Shown here: piece by piece, positions 12,430 to 24,939 of the stretch
Layout: the number at the start of each line of letters is the position of its first letter
Numbering within the stretch: the first letter of the stretch is position 1
Source of the DNA: Mobula birostris
Taxonomy: Eukaryota
Length of the DNA: 64,000 nt
NCBI RefSeq assembly: GCF_030028105.1
Contig: NC_092384.1
Location: 67,831,548-67,895,547 of the forward strand
Direction of reading: 5' to 3'
Notes under the pieces: generated by a model
The model's input: only the letters and a program-made list of their open reading frames with translations
Database searches by the model: none
What the model was told of the DNA's origin: nothing
Made by a program: the position numbers and the translations under genes

Positions 12430-12970
12430 AGTGAGTATTATACTGGTAAGCCCACAAATGTTACTATGCTTCTGTAACTGACGTAGCATGCTCAAACTCA
12501 CTAACCCCAACCATACATCTTTGGAATATCGGAGGAAACCAGAGCACCCAGAGGAAACCCATGTGGTCACAGGGCGAATGTACAAATTTCTTAAAGACAA
12601 CAGTGGTAATTGAAACCTGATCTTAAAGCAGGCCCTGTAAAGCATTGCACTATATAGGCATCCGTTAGTCTCATGAGACCATGGATTTGCCCCTTGGAAG
12701 GTTTCCAGGTTGCAGGCCTAGGCAAGGTTGTATGGAAGACCAGCAGTTGCCCATGCTGCAAGTCTCCCCTCTCTACGCCACCGATGTTGTCCGAGGGAAG
12801 GACATTAAGCCCCATACAGCTTGGCACCGGTGTCCTTGCTAAGTGCCTTGCTCAAGGACACACATGCTGCCTCAGCCAAGGTTCGAACTAACGACCTTCA
12901 AATCACTAGACGAACGCCTTAACCACTTGGTCACGCTCATTGCACTAACTGCTACGTAATCATGCTGCCC
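12430..12970 (-). mobile_element. V-SINE (HE1-like), interrupted by the SINE above
   Basis: V-domain reverse complement GGAGGAAACCAGAGCACCCAGAGGAAACCCATGTGGTCACAGGG; tRNA-like head at 12940-12970. Confidence 0.78.
12653..12937 (-). mobile_element. Second copy of the same tRNA-derived SINE, nested in a V-SINE
   Basis: Highly similar to 50654-50965; 10-bp TSD CATTGCACTA (12643-12652 and 12938-12947). Confidence 0.88.
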
Positions 12971-12971
12971 T

Positions 12972-13515
12972 TTCAAAGTTCAAAGCTCAAAGTGATTTAT
13001 TATCAAAGTGCATATATGTCACGATATATGACTCTGAACTTCATTTCTTGCAGAAATTCACAGTAAATACAAAACACAATAGGATCATTGAAGGAGTGCA
13101 TCCAATGAGAGACAAAAATCAACGTGTAAGTCATAAAAACTCTGCAAATACAAAGAGAGAAAAAATTGTAAATATTTAAGCAATAAATATTGAGAACATA
13201 AGATAAAGAGTCCTTGCAAGTGAGTCCATAGGTTGTGAGAACAGTCCAGTGATGAGGTAGTGGTGTGAATCCTGAGGCTCTTGTATCTCCTTCCTGTTGG
13301 CAGCAATGAGAAGAGAGCATGGCCATTGCTCTTCCCGAAGTCAATAATTAGCTGCTTGGTCTTGCTAACATTGAATGAGAGGTTGTTGTTCTGGCATCAC
13401 TCAGCTACATTTTCAATCTCCCTTATATGTGCTGATTTGTCACACTCTTTGATTCGGCCACCAACAGTGGTGTCATCAGCAAACTTAAATATGGCATTGG
13501 AGCTGTGCTTAGACT
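12972..13515 (-). mobile_element. Internally deleted Rex1/Babar-type fragments
   Basis: Minus strand AIFKFADDTTVGGRI at 13450-13500; LPTGRRYKSLRIHT; 3'UTR with (TTTGAAC) tail. Confidence 0.72.
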
Positions 13516-13805
13516 TCCTATATTACTGTTTTTCCTGTGCAAAAAATACAAAACCAGCTATAACACAAATGTTTAAAAATACACCAAACATTTACAGCCA
13601 AACAGTTGATTATACAAACATATAAGCAATTGTAAAGAAAGTTAAAGTACAAGAAAAGTGACAGTTTGAACACTGGTCAAACAGTGCTAAATCAGGCTGT
13701 TCTTGGTGCTTGCACTGAATTTTATTGGATGGTGTAGGAAGCCAGAGGTAGCAGTAAAGGAGTGAAATGGAGTATTTAGCCTGGAAGTCCAGGATAACAG
13801 TGGTG

Positions 13806-13842
13806 GAGGGGAGGGGAGGGAGGGAGGGAGGGAGGGAGAGAG

Positions 13843-13880
<38 letters not shown>
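13806..13880 (+). repeat. (GGGA)n-(GA)n polypurine microsatellite
   Basis: Read directly from the sequence; at least six G3+ runs with 1-nt spacers, then (GA)n. Confidence 0.95.
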
Positions 13881-13883
<3 letters not shown>

Positions 13884-15289
13884 GTTACATAATCTGCATC
13901 TGGTTTCCCAAAATGGCTTTTCACAGATGCTGCCTAACCTATTGAGTACTTCCTGCCTTTTCTCCCTATTCCAAATTAACAATACAAGTTGTATTTTGTT
14001 TTAAAAGTATTTCTTTTAAATGATTGTGCAATATCAGTTCTATAAATTCACGTGGCAGGTAATTCTTCTTAAAAGAAATGGCATAATTAAGCCTTCGTTG
14101 GAACTAGTGATGATTCATGGATTTGCAAACGCACAAGAAATGTTCAGTTTCACTGATGTTTGGAGAAGCCCACTGAGACATCAATATCCCGCTGCTGAGC
14201 AACCGAGGTGTTAATGTTCCTTAAGGTAAAAGTAAGTCTTTGATGAGTTTCTAAAGGGAATTGTGTCCTTTGGTGCTTGTGATTGACCTTTGGCCTCAGG
14301 ATGTGCCTTTCGTGTATCAACCCCAGGCTTCCTCAACAATTGTAGTTTGTTACCATGCAAATTAGATGTAGATGAGGCAGGAAGGAATTGCACTTGGAGA
14401 AATGTCCCAAATTGAATTTCTCTGGAGGAACTGCTTAAATGCAGTTCTTATTGTATTTTGAAAAGGAAAGGCAATGTAAATGTAGATTGACTGAATACAA
14501 CTCCCAGGGAGACACAGTGGAGTATCCTGTTTATTTCTTGCAAGCTATGAAGATGATGGGAAGAAAAAGTACTGTTGATTTTTCACCATTTTATATCTAT
14601 CTTTAAAATGCAGTTGATGATATATTGATCTAAGATTATGACCAGAGATACAGCCATTTTCAGGGCATACAATGAAACATTTAATTCAGTAACATACAAA
14701 GAGAAAAATTCGCAATATTGATAATGGACTGCAGAATAGACATTTTACAGGAATGACTGTGGTCTTCCCGCAGTGTATGTCTTTAAATCGGTGCTTTCAA
14801 TGACTGAAGTGGAAACAGAAAATTCCAGAAGTACTTGGCCAGTCTGGCAGCATCTGTACGGTGAGAATCGGGGGTAACAGAATCAAAACCAGATTTAATA
14901 TCACTGACATATGTCATGAAATTTATTGTTTTGTGGCAGCAGTACAGTGCAAGATATAAAAAATATAATTACATTTCTGGGCGGTGTGATTTGAAGGGCT
15001 GGAAGGGCCGATTTTGCACTGTATCTCAATAATTAAAATAAAATAAGGTATTCCAGTTAGCAAGAGGGTGGTTGATTAGAACAGGAATTTGTTGTAATGT
15101 AACTGAAGTGTGAAGGCGCCTAACTGTAGAAAAATACTGCAAGAGTTACCCACTATAGCTATCAAATACATTGATAGTGAAACTTCTAAAGTGTTTAAAA
15201 TATTGAATTACTTTTAATCAGAAGACTTCATATTCAAACCTTACTACACTACAAACTGAAATTAAATCTGTACTTGCTGGAGGTGACAG

Positions 15290-16055
15290 AATGAAGAGGG
15301 TTCTCATTGCAGCATATTGAATATTGAAAGGGCTAGATAGAGTGGATGTGGAGAGGAATTTTTCCAATAGTGGGTGAGTCTAGGACCAGAGGGCACAGCC
15401 TTGGATTAGATAGTATCCTTTTAATACTTACTTTATACTTTATTGTCGCCAAACAAATTGATACTAGAATGTACAATCATCACAGCGATATTTGATTCTG
15501 CGCTTTCTGCTCCCTGGATTACAAATATTAAATATTAAAAATAGTAAAAATTAGTAAAACTTAGTAAATATAAAAAATTAAATTATAAATCATAAATAGA
15601 AAATAGAAAAATGGAAAGTAAGGTAGTGCAAAAAAACCGAGAGGCAGGTCCGGATATTTGGAGGGTACGGCCCAGATCCGGGTCAGGATCCGTTCAGCAG
15701 TCTGATCACAGTTGGAAAGAAGCTGTTCCCAAATCTGGTCGTACGAGTCTTCAAGCTCCTGAGCCTTCTCCCGGAGGGAACAGGGACGAAAAGTGTGTTG
15801 GCTGGGTGGATGAAGAGGAATTTCTCTAGCCAGAGGGTGGTGAATCTGTAGAATTCATTGTTGCAGATGGCTGTGGAAGCATTGGATATATTGAAAGTAG
15901 GGGTTGATAGTTTTTTGATTTGTCAGAATTTCAAAAGTTATGAGGAGAAAGCAGGAGAATGGGTTTGAGAGAGATAGTAAATTAGCCATGATTGATGGCA
16001 GAGCAGGCAAGATGGGCCAAATGGCCTAATTTTACTCCTATGTCTTATCGTCTTG
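15290..16055 (+). mobile_element. CR1 3' fragment, host of the Rex insertion
   Basis: GAGTCTAGGACCAGAGGGCACAGCC...AGCCAGAGGGTGGTGAATCTG...GGGCCAAATGGCCTAATT. Confidence 0.8.
15423..15809 (-). mobile_element. 3' end of the same Rex1/Babar family, nested in a CR1 3' fragment
   Basis: Reverse complement closely matches ~43910-44269 (GGATCCTGACCCGGATCTGGGCCGTACCCTCCAAATATC). The host CR1 sequence is interrupted at ...TATCCTTTT and resumes at GATGAAGAGGAATTTC. Confidence 0.88.
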
Positions 16056-17809
16056 CCTCCTTTTCTGTCTAAATACTATTTAACTTGTGTTTCTGTTAGA
16101 AGGCTCATGTGGCCAAGCATTAACTTCACTCACCATTTACATTTTACATGTATTAGGACTTTTGCTGTGTTGTGTTGGTCAGGGTGCAGCATGCAACAGA
16201 ACGCAACAAAATTCAACAATTATTAAGAATTACATAAAAATAAAGTTGGAGCTTAAAGTATATTTATGGAATAAATATAGTTAAATACATAAATGCCAGC
16301 ATGTATTTACATTGTAAACAGCATTATATTGAAGTGTTTACAGTGCAGTGGCAGGGGTGATAGATAGGCGAGATTATGGGGTGTGACTATAGTGATTGAT
16401 CAGATTAACTGCCTGAGAAAGGAATTTTTCAGATGGCATGAAGTTTTTTTTAATTTTAGTTGCCCTATAAGTGCTTTCCAGAAGGGAGCTTTTGTGAAAG
16501 GCAGTGTGCAGGATGGGAAGTGTATGGGTAGAGTGGATGGAGGTAGATGTGTTATAGGGGAAAGGCAAAAATCTTTTTGCAGTGATATTTCGGTTCTGAA
16601 AGGCTCAGTAGCAGGAAGATAATAACGTGACAACACCAACAGTGGAGCATGTACAGGCTCTGGTTTGTACTCTGTGAGGTAAGATCCGCCTGGCATTGCA
16701 GTTCCAATACTGACTAGAACCAGATACTCTTCAAATTACCCATAGTTCCTCCTGAACAGCAAGGTGCTTTTCTTCCTTATTTAAAACAGATGCAGATCCT
16801 TCTGGTTCGTGAATAAAATGCCGTCTCTGTATCAATTCAAAAGACACTCAAAACCATACCAAAATTAAGCCACTTTAAACCTTTAACCTGCAAATCCCCT
16901 TCAGTTGTTGTGGCAATGAGACATGAACTGTCTCCCTGTTCATTCACTTCACTCGTTAAGTCAGTAAGTCATTAAAAGAAAAACATATTCTGTGCTTTGA
17001 TTTCAAACTGCTTATATAGAATACTCAATTTGAAATTCTTTTTGACCCTGAACCAGATGTACTGAAATAGCTTACTCTTATTAAAATTTAAAATAAAACA
17101 AAAATAGATGGAAATACTCAGCAGGAAAGCCAGCATTTATGGATAGGGGAACAGTTCAAGTCTAATTAAAGATCAATGATTTGCCAGGTTCATTCTTTTA
17201 TTCTTTCCAATGATGCAGCTTTCTTTAGGAATTTTCTGTTATTTTTAGATTATCAGCATCTGCGATGTCTTTCTTTTGAGATATTAAATTTAATGTATAT
17301 TCTTTCTTCCATCTGACCATTCATTATTTTTAATTTTAAGCCCTCTTATTTGGTTCCCCCTAACACACATTACCTGGACAGCTGAGGTGCAATGAGACTA
17401 TGGGATGTTCACTCATTTGGAGGAATTCAGATGTTTGGGCCATCATTTCAGAATAAACAGTTATCCATTTATTTGAACTGACGAGGGTGATGAATCTGAA
17501 TCTTTGGAATTTCTAGCACGGAGAGACATGAAGACTGGCCTACTGGAATGTTCAGGGCTGGGACAGCCAGACTTGTAGATTATAGAGAAGTCATCACTGC
17601 ATTGACCCACTTAGCTACTTTTTCCATTGCCAACTATTTTCGCCCTTAAAGTATTTCCAATTTGTTGTTAAATTGTGACCCTCCTCAAAGATGGTATATT
17701 TCAAATTATAGCAGATTTTTTCTCATCTCCCATTTGTTTTAGCAATTATTTTAAATCTGCATCCTCTCTCTTGCAGTTCTTACACTACTGAAAAAGAGGC
17801 TGCTTTTTA

Positions 17810-17938
17810 TTTCCTGAAGAAGTATCTCGGCCTGAAACATCGACTATCTATTCATTTCCGTAGATGCTGCCTGACCTGCTGAGTTTCTCCAGCATTTTGT
17901 GTGTGTTGCTTTGGATTTCCAGCACGTTCTTGTGTTTT
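17810..17938 (+). mobile_element. Solo PLE terminal repeat with decayed hammerhead
   Basis: CTGAAGAAGTATCTCGGCCTGAAACATCGACTA...GATGCTGCCTGACCTGCTGAGTTTCTCCAGCATTTTGTGTG. Confidence 0.75.
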
Positions 17939-19091
17939 TGTTTTCTTTTTCGAAATCCTTCATGATATATTGATTGTATCTTTGTTACCCTTCTCTGTTT
18001 AATAAAACTAATACCAGCTGCTAAATGAGATTGCTTTTATGCCGTAGCTTTACAATAAATCCTCTCCTTATTCATGTCATTTCTTCACCCCAGTCACTAG
18101 TTAGGGTCCTGTGTTCAATGTTACTAATGTAATTAAATACAAGTTTATCACTTTTTGTTGTCTATGATAATCTCTGTAGCCTTTTTAATTCATCACCTCA
18201 TTGTTCCCATTATTGCAAACATGTGCAGTCTTTAACTACTTCGCTCTAGCTCAAATTAGCATTCTCAGGTCATGGCCCAATTTTGCCAAAATGCAATTTG
18301 TATCTACCGCTGGGAATTTCTCCACTTTTCACGGGGTGATGTCCAAAATTTCCTCAAACCCACCAGTGCCCTTCACTGAAATCCCAGTGATAATGCAGAG
18401 AACATTCTCACACAAGGACAAGGAGGTCGTAACCCCATCATGCGTGCAGACTGCACTTACTGTAAAGCCTTCCCCAGCCCACTGAGACCAAACAAACACA
18501 AGGTTGTGTCGGAAGTTCATTTTCACCGGTTGTCGAATTGCTATGATAGCTTTAATTGAGCCAATTTTTTTCTTCTTTGTAGTTCTGTACAAGGAAGATT
18601 CTGATCAAATATCACCAAATAGCAGTTGAGATTCAGATGCTGGTTATTCCTGTACAGATGTTCAGTGGCCATGATCTGCAGAAAACAAAAGCAGTGAAAA
18701 TCTAACTCATCTTTAACTGCAGCCTCAGCACCAAGCTGTGTTCAATTCCACAGTGACTAAAGGGCCATGAGGAAATTTTAACTCTGTGACTGCATTTTAT
18801 AAATATAATCTTGTACTGACATTTACCATCGGCTGTTCAATACCATCATTTCTATGTTTCAGTTACATATATAAATGGTCTTCAGTGTTTTGAGAGCATA
18901 CTGTTATTCTTATTACTTGGTAAGACACAATTTATATCTTGTGCACACGTAATGTTTTTCTTGCTATTCGTTATTGGAAGTGCGAATGAAAATAATCATA
19001 AAGGATTGATTATTGGTTCCAAGTTAATATTTTAGAAATCTGTTTAACCAAAGGTTATAATTAATATGGGCATCCTTTTGTTTTGAATTTA

Positions 19092-19633
19092 CATTCAGTG
19101 TCCTCTTTACCAGGTACGCCAATATACGTGTTCGTTAATGCAAATATCTAATTAGCCAATCATGTGGCAACAACTCAATAAATGAAAGCATGCAGAGATT
19201 ATCAAAAGGTTAATTTGTTGTTCAGGCGAAACACCACATTGGGGAAGAAATGTGATGGAAGTGACTTTGCCTGTGGAATGATTGTTGGTGCCAGACAGGA
19301 TGGTTTGAGTATCTCAGAAACTGCTAACCTCCTGGGATTTTCACGCACATCAATCTCTAAAGTTTACAGAGAATGCTGTGTAAAACAGAAAAAAAACATC
19401 CAGTGAGTGGCAGTTTTGTAGGTGAAATTACCTCTTTAATGAGAGAAGTCAGAGGAGAATGGCCAGATAGGTTCAAGCTGACAGGAAAGTGACAGTAACT
19501 CAAATAAACATGCAGTGTGCAGAAGAGCATCTCTGAAAGTACAACATGTGAAATTTAGAACTGGATGGGCTACAGCAGCAGAAGACCATGGACATGAGGT
19601 ACAGGAGGTACCCAATAAAGTGACCTCTAAGTG
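19092..19633 (+). mobile_element. Tc1-like deletion derivative, copy 2
   Basis: Same internal sequence (GKKCDGSDFACGMIVGARQDGLSISETANLLGFSRTSISKVYRE); decayed TIRs. Confidence 0.88.
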
Positions 19634-21707
19634 TTCATTCCTATTTTAATATACAATTGAACATTCAAATGGTGTAAGTTATTTAGGTAGAATCCTTTGG
19701 GACAGATGTTATGTGAAAGGTGAATTTACAAACTCTGCAAACGACAATTACTGAAGGGTCTTAGTTTATCTCTGCGGATTCTAATTTAGCTGGTAATGCT
19801 GCTTGGGTCAATAACTCTTCCCTTTGTAGTCAGACACTCAGAGTTTGAAGAGAAAGGGTAGATTGGAAGTTGATATTTGTCCTGACCCGGACTGTTTCAT
19901 TATAAGAATGTATTTCTTCCGTTCTGATTGGACATTCAGGGCGCATTGTGTAAAAGGGATCTGAACGCAATATCAAGATGTGATCATTCAACCTTTTAAG
20001 GTGACAAGTAAATTGTGAAGCTACACTGATAAGGTTTTTTCTAATGAAAACAGGTAGCTGGAAATGTTAAGAATGCAATAAATTTTTTTTCATCTTAAAG
20101 ATAATTGTGGACTTTTTAAGATGTTCTAAGATTCTGTTGGGAAAATTATTCTGTGTTTATCTTTGTGCTCACTCAATAATGTCAGTAAAAAGCGTGTAAT
20201 CATTTTCCTATTTATTTCGTTCCCCTTCCCATCCACTTTGTTTCCCTTTAATTGCAGTTATTTTTAAATTTTGTTACATGCTCTAATCATAAACTGAATG
20301 TATTTGTGTTGTATATTTATAGCAGCAGAGTTATTGAATGTGCTTTTTATGGCATTACTGGTAATCCAGAGAATAGCTAATATGTTCCATATATATAAAA
20401 AATAAAAACCTTGGTAGTCAGATTACAGTATTGATTGTTGAAAAACGACCCGGCGTAATTCTTCAGAGGCAAAATAGCCCATGTGGTTTATCACATTAAT
20501 CTTTTCAAAAGAAAAATTGCCTTTGGTTCTGCTGTTTTTCTTTTCCATACATACAACCTCAAACTAATTAAATTTGCATAAAATATTTGGGGATATTTAT
20601 TAACCACATTTATTTATCTTCAGTATGAAATACTAAATTTCAGAAAGGAAAAACAAAGCCTGCAGAAGAAAGTGTCTTCATTTATTCTAAACACCAGTGC
20701 AATATTATATTTATTTGTGTTCAAAGGCTGCATTTTAGTGGGCTTTGAATGTTGATATATTGTGTATTTTGCACATTTAAAGGTGTACTTAAATATTATT
20801 GGTGGTGCTTAGAAATAATATATTACATTAGTTCTTGTTAAACCTAAAATAATTGAGAGCAGTCTGTACTTCTGAGGAAGGTGTCTTTATTCTGAATAGT
20901 TTGATTATTTCCTGATCTTTATCGCATGTTTCGGTAAAGCGTGACAGAGTTTTTACTGAAATTATAGTTCTTGAATGCAAATTCATAGAAATTTGTTCTC
21001 AATTGTCTGGTCATTTCTAGGAATAAAATCTGTGGAAGCATCTCCCCCTCCCACATGATCTCCTTATAGGCAGGACTTATCTCTGGAAGTGATGAACCAT
21101 TGCATTTGATACACTTGCACATCAGTAATTCGACAAGAGATCAGCCCTACTCATAACATTGACAAAAGCAGTTGACTAAAGACAGGCAGAGCTGCTTCTT
21201 TTAATTCTTTCAGGACTGAAGGACTTTATTTTCACCATACAAAAAAATCCCTTTGTCATGCATTTCAGCCTGGCCCTTCATGAATTTTACCTGTACCCTT
21301 GCCTTACTGGAAAGTTGCTTACATAGTAGTGTGCATATACAGGCAGATATATATATCTCTGGTTTCTTCCATCCTCCCATGCAGTTATAGGTTACAATTG
21401 AAGATTTGGTTTCATGGCGACTGGCAGCTTTCTGGAAAGTTGCTTTCTATCTTTGTGTAATCTTTCTTAGTCAACAAGTATTGTTGCTGAGGAAATGAAT
21501 GAGGGAATGGAGTGAGTATACATGAGAGATGGAGGGAGGCACCATTACCAGGAAAGATCTTGCCCTCCCCCAACCTTCCTACACTTCTCAAATCACATTA
21601 ATTAAAAGAAATGAAAAATACAGATGCCAGGAAACTAAAATGAATACAGAAAATGTAATTTCTGATTTACTTTAGAATGAAAATAAAAAGCTGTAAGTAC
21701 CTGAATT

Positions 21708-21977
21708 TATTTATTTGGAAATACAGCATGGAACGGGCCTTTCTACCTAATGAGACGTGCCACCCAGCAGGCCACCTTTTTAACCCTAGCCTAATTACAG
21801 GACAATTTACAGTGACCAATTAACCTGTGATCCAGTACGTCTTTGGACTGTGGGAGGAAACTGGAGCACTGAAGGAAACCCATGTGGTCACGGGGAGAAC
21901 ATAAAAACTCCTTAAAGAGAATGCCGGAATTGAACCCCAAATTCCAATGCCCTGAGTGTTATGCTACCGTGGCATCC
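21708..21977 (-). mobile_element. V-SINE (HE1-like)
   Basis: CGTCTTTGGACTGTGGGAGGAAACTGGAGCAC...GGTCACGGGGAGAAC. Confidence 0.8.
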
Positions 21978-22761
21978 AGTAAACACACATACTGACCTGC
22001 TAAGTGTCTCCAGCATTTTCTGTCTCACTTTTCCACAGACAGGGATCTTCTGGCCCGATTTGCCTGCTGCCCGGGATTATATTACTAATTTTAATGTGGT
22101 TTAAACATTAATGTGTAGACCTGTGGAGGTCAGCCTGCTCTTGAGAAGAGCTTCAGGTGGAATCTTGGTCCTCAGTGCTACCCATAAACCTGACCAGTGT
22201 GGACTTGAGCAGGAATCTCATAGGAATGCTTGACAACCAGTAAGGCCACACGCTCAGCCTGAGAGTGAATGTTATTGAAAAGTTAAAGACTGAACATTAT
22301 TGAAAAGTATTTTAAAGGAACATAGACACTTAAAAACACTGGAAACTTTGTAAGATTAATATATTTAAATTAGACCAACTAAACAACAAAATGTAAGTGA
22401 CCAGAAATGTACTGTTTCCTTGTAATTGGAATAAATGGAGTCCTGTTTCAGGGTTAACTTGGGACACGTGTTCTGCAGGTAATTTTCACAGACTACTGAG
22501 AAATGATAGTAAGTCTGTACTCTGTTGCCCTGCTCCACCAGCAGTCCAGTGTCAGAGGCAGTGGGAATGTGTAGAATTCCTGAACCTCCTCACACTTGCA
22601 GAAGTAAATGCCAGCAAAAGCACCGGCATTGCTTTTCTGCGGAAGATTTGCCCCTTAGGTTTGGATATATCAGGCGGCAGGAGGTGACCCAGTGTGGTAG
22701 CTCAGATCAAAAGTCTAGCCCTAAGGATCTGTGGGATAATGAGAAGATCATATGTTTTCTC

Positions 22762-23290
22762 AGGCATTGCTTGGGAGTATTGTGAGCAGTTTTGGGCCTC
22801 TTATCTAGGACAAGATGTGCTGGCATTGGACGGAGTCCAGAGGAGGCTCCTGGTAACGATTCCAACAATGAAAGCATAAATGCTTGAGGAGCATTAATGA
22901 CTCTAGGCCTGTACTCACTGGACTTCAGAAGAATGGGTGGGGAGATCACATTGAAACCTATCGAATGTTAACAGGTCAAGACAGAGTGGATGTGAGAGGA
23001 TGTATCCCATGCTGGGGGAGTCTAGGACCAGAGGGCATTGCCTCAGTATAGAGGAACATTCATATAGAACAGAGATGATGAGAAATTTCTTTAGCCAGAG
23101 GGTAGTGAATCTGTGAAATTCATTGTCATAGACAGCTATGTTGGCCAAGTCTTTAGGTATACTTAAAGCAGAAGTTGATAGCTTCTTGATTAGCAGGGGT
23201 GTTAAAAGTTACAGGGAGAAGGCAGGAGAATGGGGTTGAAAGGGATAAGAAATCAGCCATGACCATAATTCTCCTCCTATGTCTTATGGT
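22762..23290 (+). mobile_element. CR1 3' fragment
   Basis: EYCEQFWASYLGQDVLALDGVQRR...; same family as 15290-16055. Confidence 0.82.
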
Positions 23291-23694
23291 AATTTTGAAT
23301 GGTGCAAATTAAGATTTTTTTTTTCAGAATTTGAATCTGAGTGCAGAAGTTCAGCTTATATAATGTGTTGAAATGAATTAATATTAATTCAATAATACTT
23401 TCTATTAGTCAGAGCGAGAAAATGTAAATAACTTTATTGGAAGCATGGGCTGAGTGTGACTTTACCAACAGAAAACTTTTACCAATGAAAATACTCATTA
23501 GTTAATTAATTATTAGCATTCTATCCATCTATCCATTTCAGTGATAGGATTTCATTTACCCTGCTGACAGTCAATGGTCATCTCAGATTGCTTGTTTGAA
23601 TAGAAGTAGGGCATAAAATTTCTTGACTCGGTGAACTCTCATTCTCTGAATCAGAGGTTGCAAAGAAGGTTGATTTTTTAAAATTTTTACTTTC

Positions 23695-23932
23695 TTTAAA
23701 GGTACAGCATAGTAACAAGCCCCTTCGGCCCAACGAGTCTGTGCTGTCAAATTGTAGCCATGTGACCAATTAATGTCTAACATACGTTTTGGAATGTGGA
23801 GGAAGCTGGAACACCTGGAGGAAACACAGTCGGTCACAGAGAGAACATACAAACTCCTTACAGACAGCAATGGGAATTTAACCCACGTCTGCTGGTGCTG
23901 TAAAGCGTCATGCTAACCACTATGCTACCGGG
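23695..23932 (-). mobile_element. V-SINE (HE1-like)
   Basis: GCTAACCACTATGCTACC (A box, reverse complement), V-domain and CR1-like tail. Confidence 0.8.
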
Positions 23933-24939
23933 CCAAATCTCCAAAGTTAACCTCTTTAAGTGCCACTTTCTACTTCCTTGGTGCTTTTATTCACTGCCTG
24001 TCCTGCACCTCTCCCTTTCCCACTTATGCTTCATTTGGATCCTGCAAATACATCATTTTTTTCTGGTAAAGAAATAGTTAAGGTGCTGACTCCGGAGCCT
24101 ACATTGCCCCGGTTTCATGTAAGGTTACAACAAAAGTATGCAGCTTGGAAGTGTTAACAATTTGGGGAGGTATTCTTGTAAAAGGTTTAAAAAGCTGTGG
24201 CTGTTAATGCGCTTGGAAGAAACGTCTCACGTACACTGCACCCCTGCTCCTGAGAAAGATACTGGCATCTTGCTTCTATAAAGCCACAATGAGCCAAGCT
24301 ACAGAAACCTGCCTGGAAAGTCATGCCGGGTTAATAAATTCCATCTTCCTGATGTCTGTTTAATATCCAGCGACGACTTAGTGTTGCCATAAATAAATGA
24401 TGTTGATACAGATGCATATTCATTTATTACTGCTTGTTGTCACGACAACTGAGATTGTGATATATATCTTCCCGGATTCTCACCATTGGTATTTCTTTAA
24501 TTAATCTGCTCAAAGGTGTTTCTTTCTTATTTATTTCTCCCAGAGTTTTTATGCACTTACTGTATTTCCAAGTGTTGTTTTCTGCTTTTCTTTCCATCTA
24601 CCGGCCATATTTCATTGCTCAGCATGGTCAGTTTGGGGTGAGCCTGTGGTTATTAATTGTGTGACTATTCGATACCGTGAAGTTGAGTCTGATCTTAACT
24701 TAGCATCATCTAAATCTGGAGCACCAGTATGTTCAGCAGCCAGCCTTCTAGACATTAGCTCAGTGTTTTAAAAAGTTAGGTGCTACTGTTACAAACAATT
24801 ACGACATAGTTTATGATTTTTCAAATTGCATTGCCTAAGCAGTACTAGCCACACTTAACTATATAACTATATATAACAATTACAGCAGGGAAACAGGCCA
24901 TCTCGGCCCTTCTAGTCCATGCCGAACGCTTACTCTCAC

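Noticed and set aside
16582-16685. Apparent exon TTTTTGCAG|...GAG|GTAAGA
   Set aside because: Stops in all three frames and a short pyrimidine tract; no support as a coding exon.
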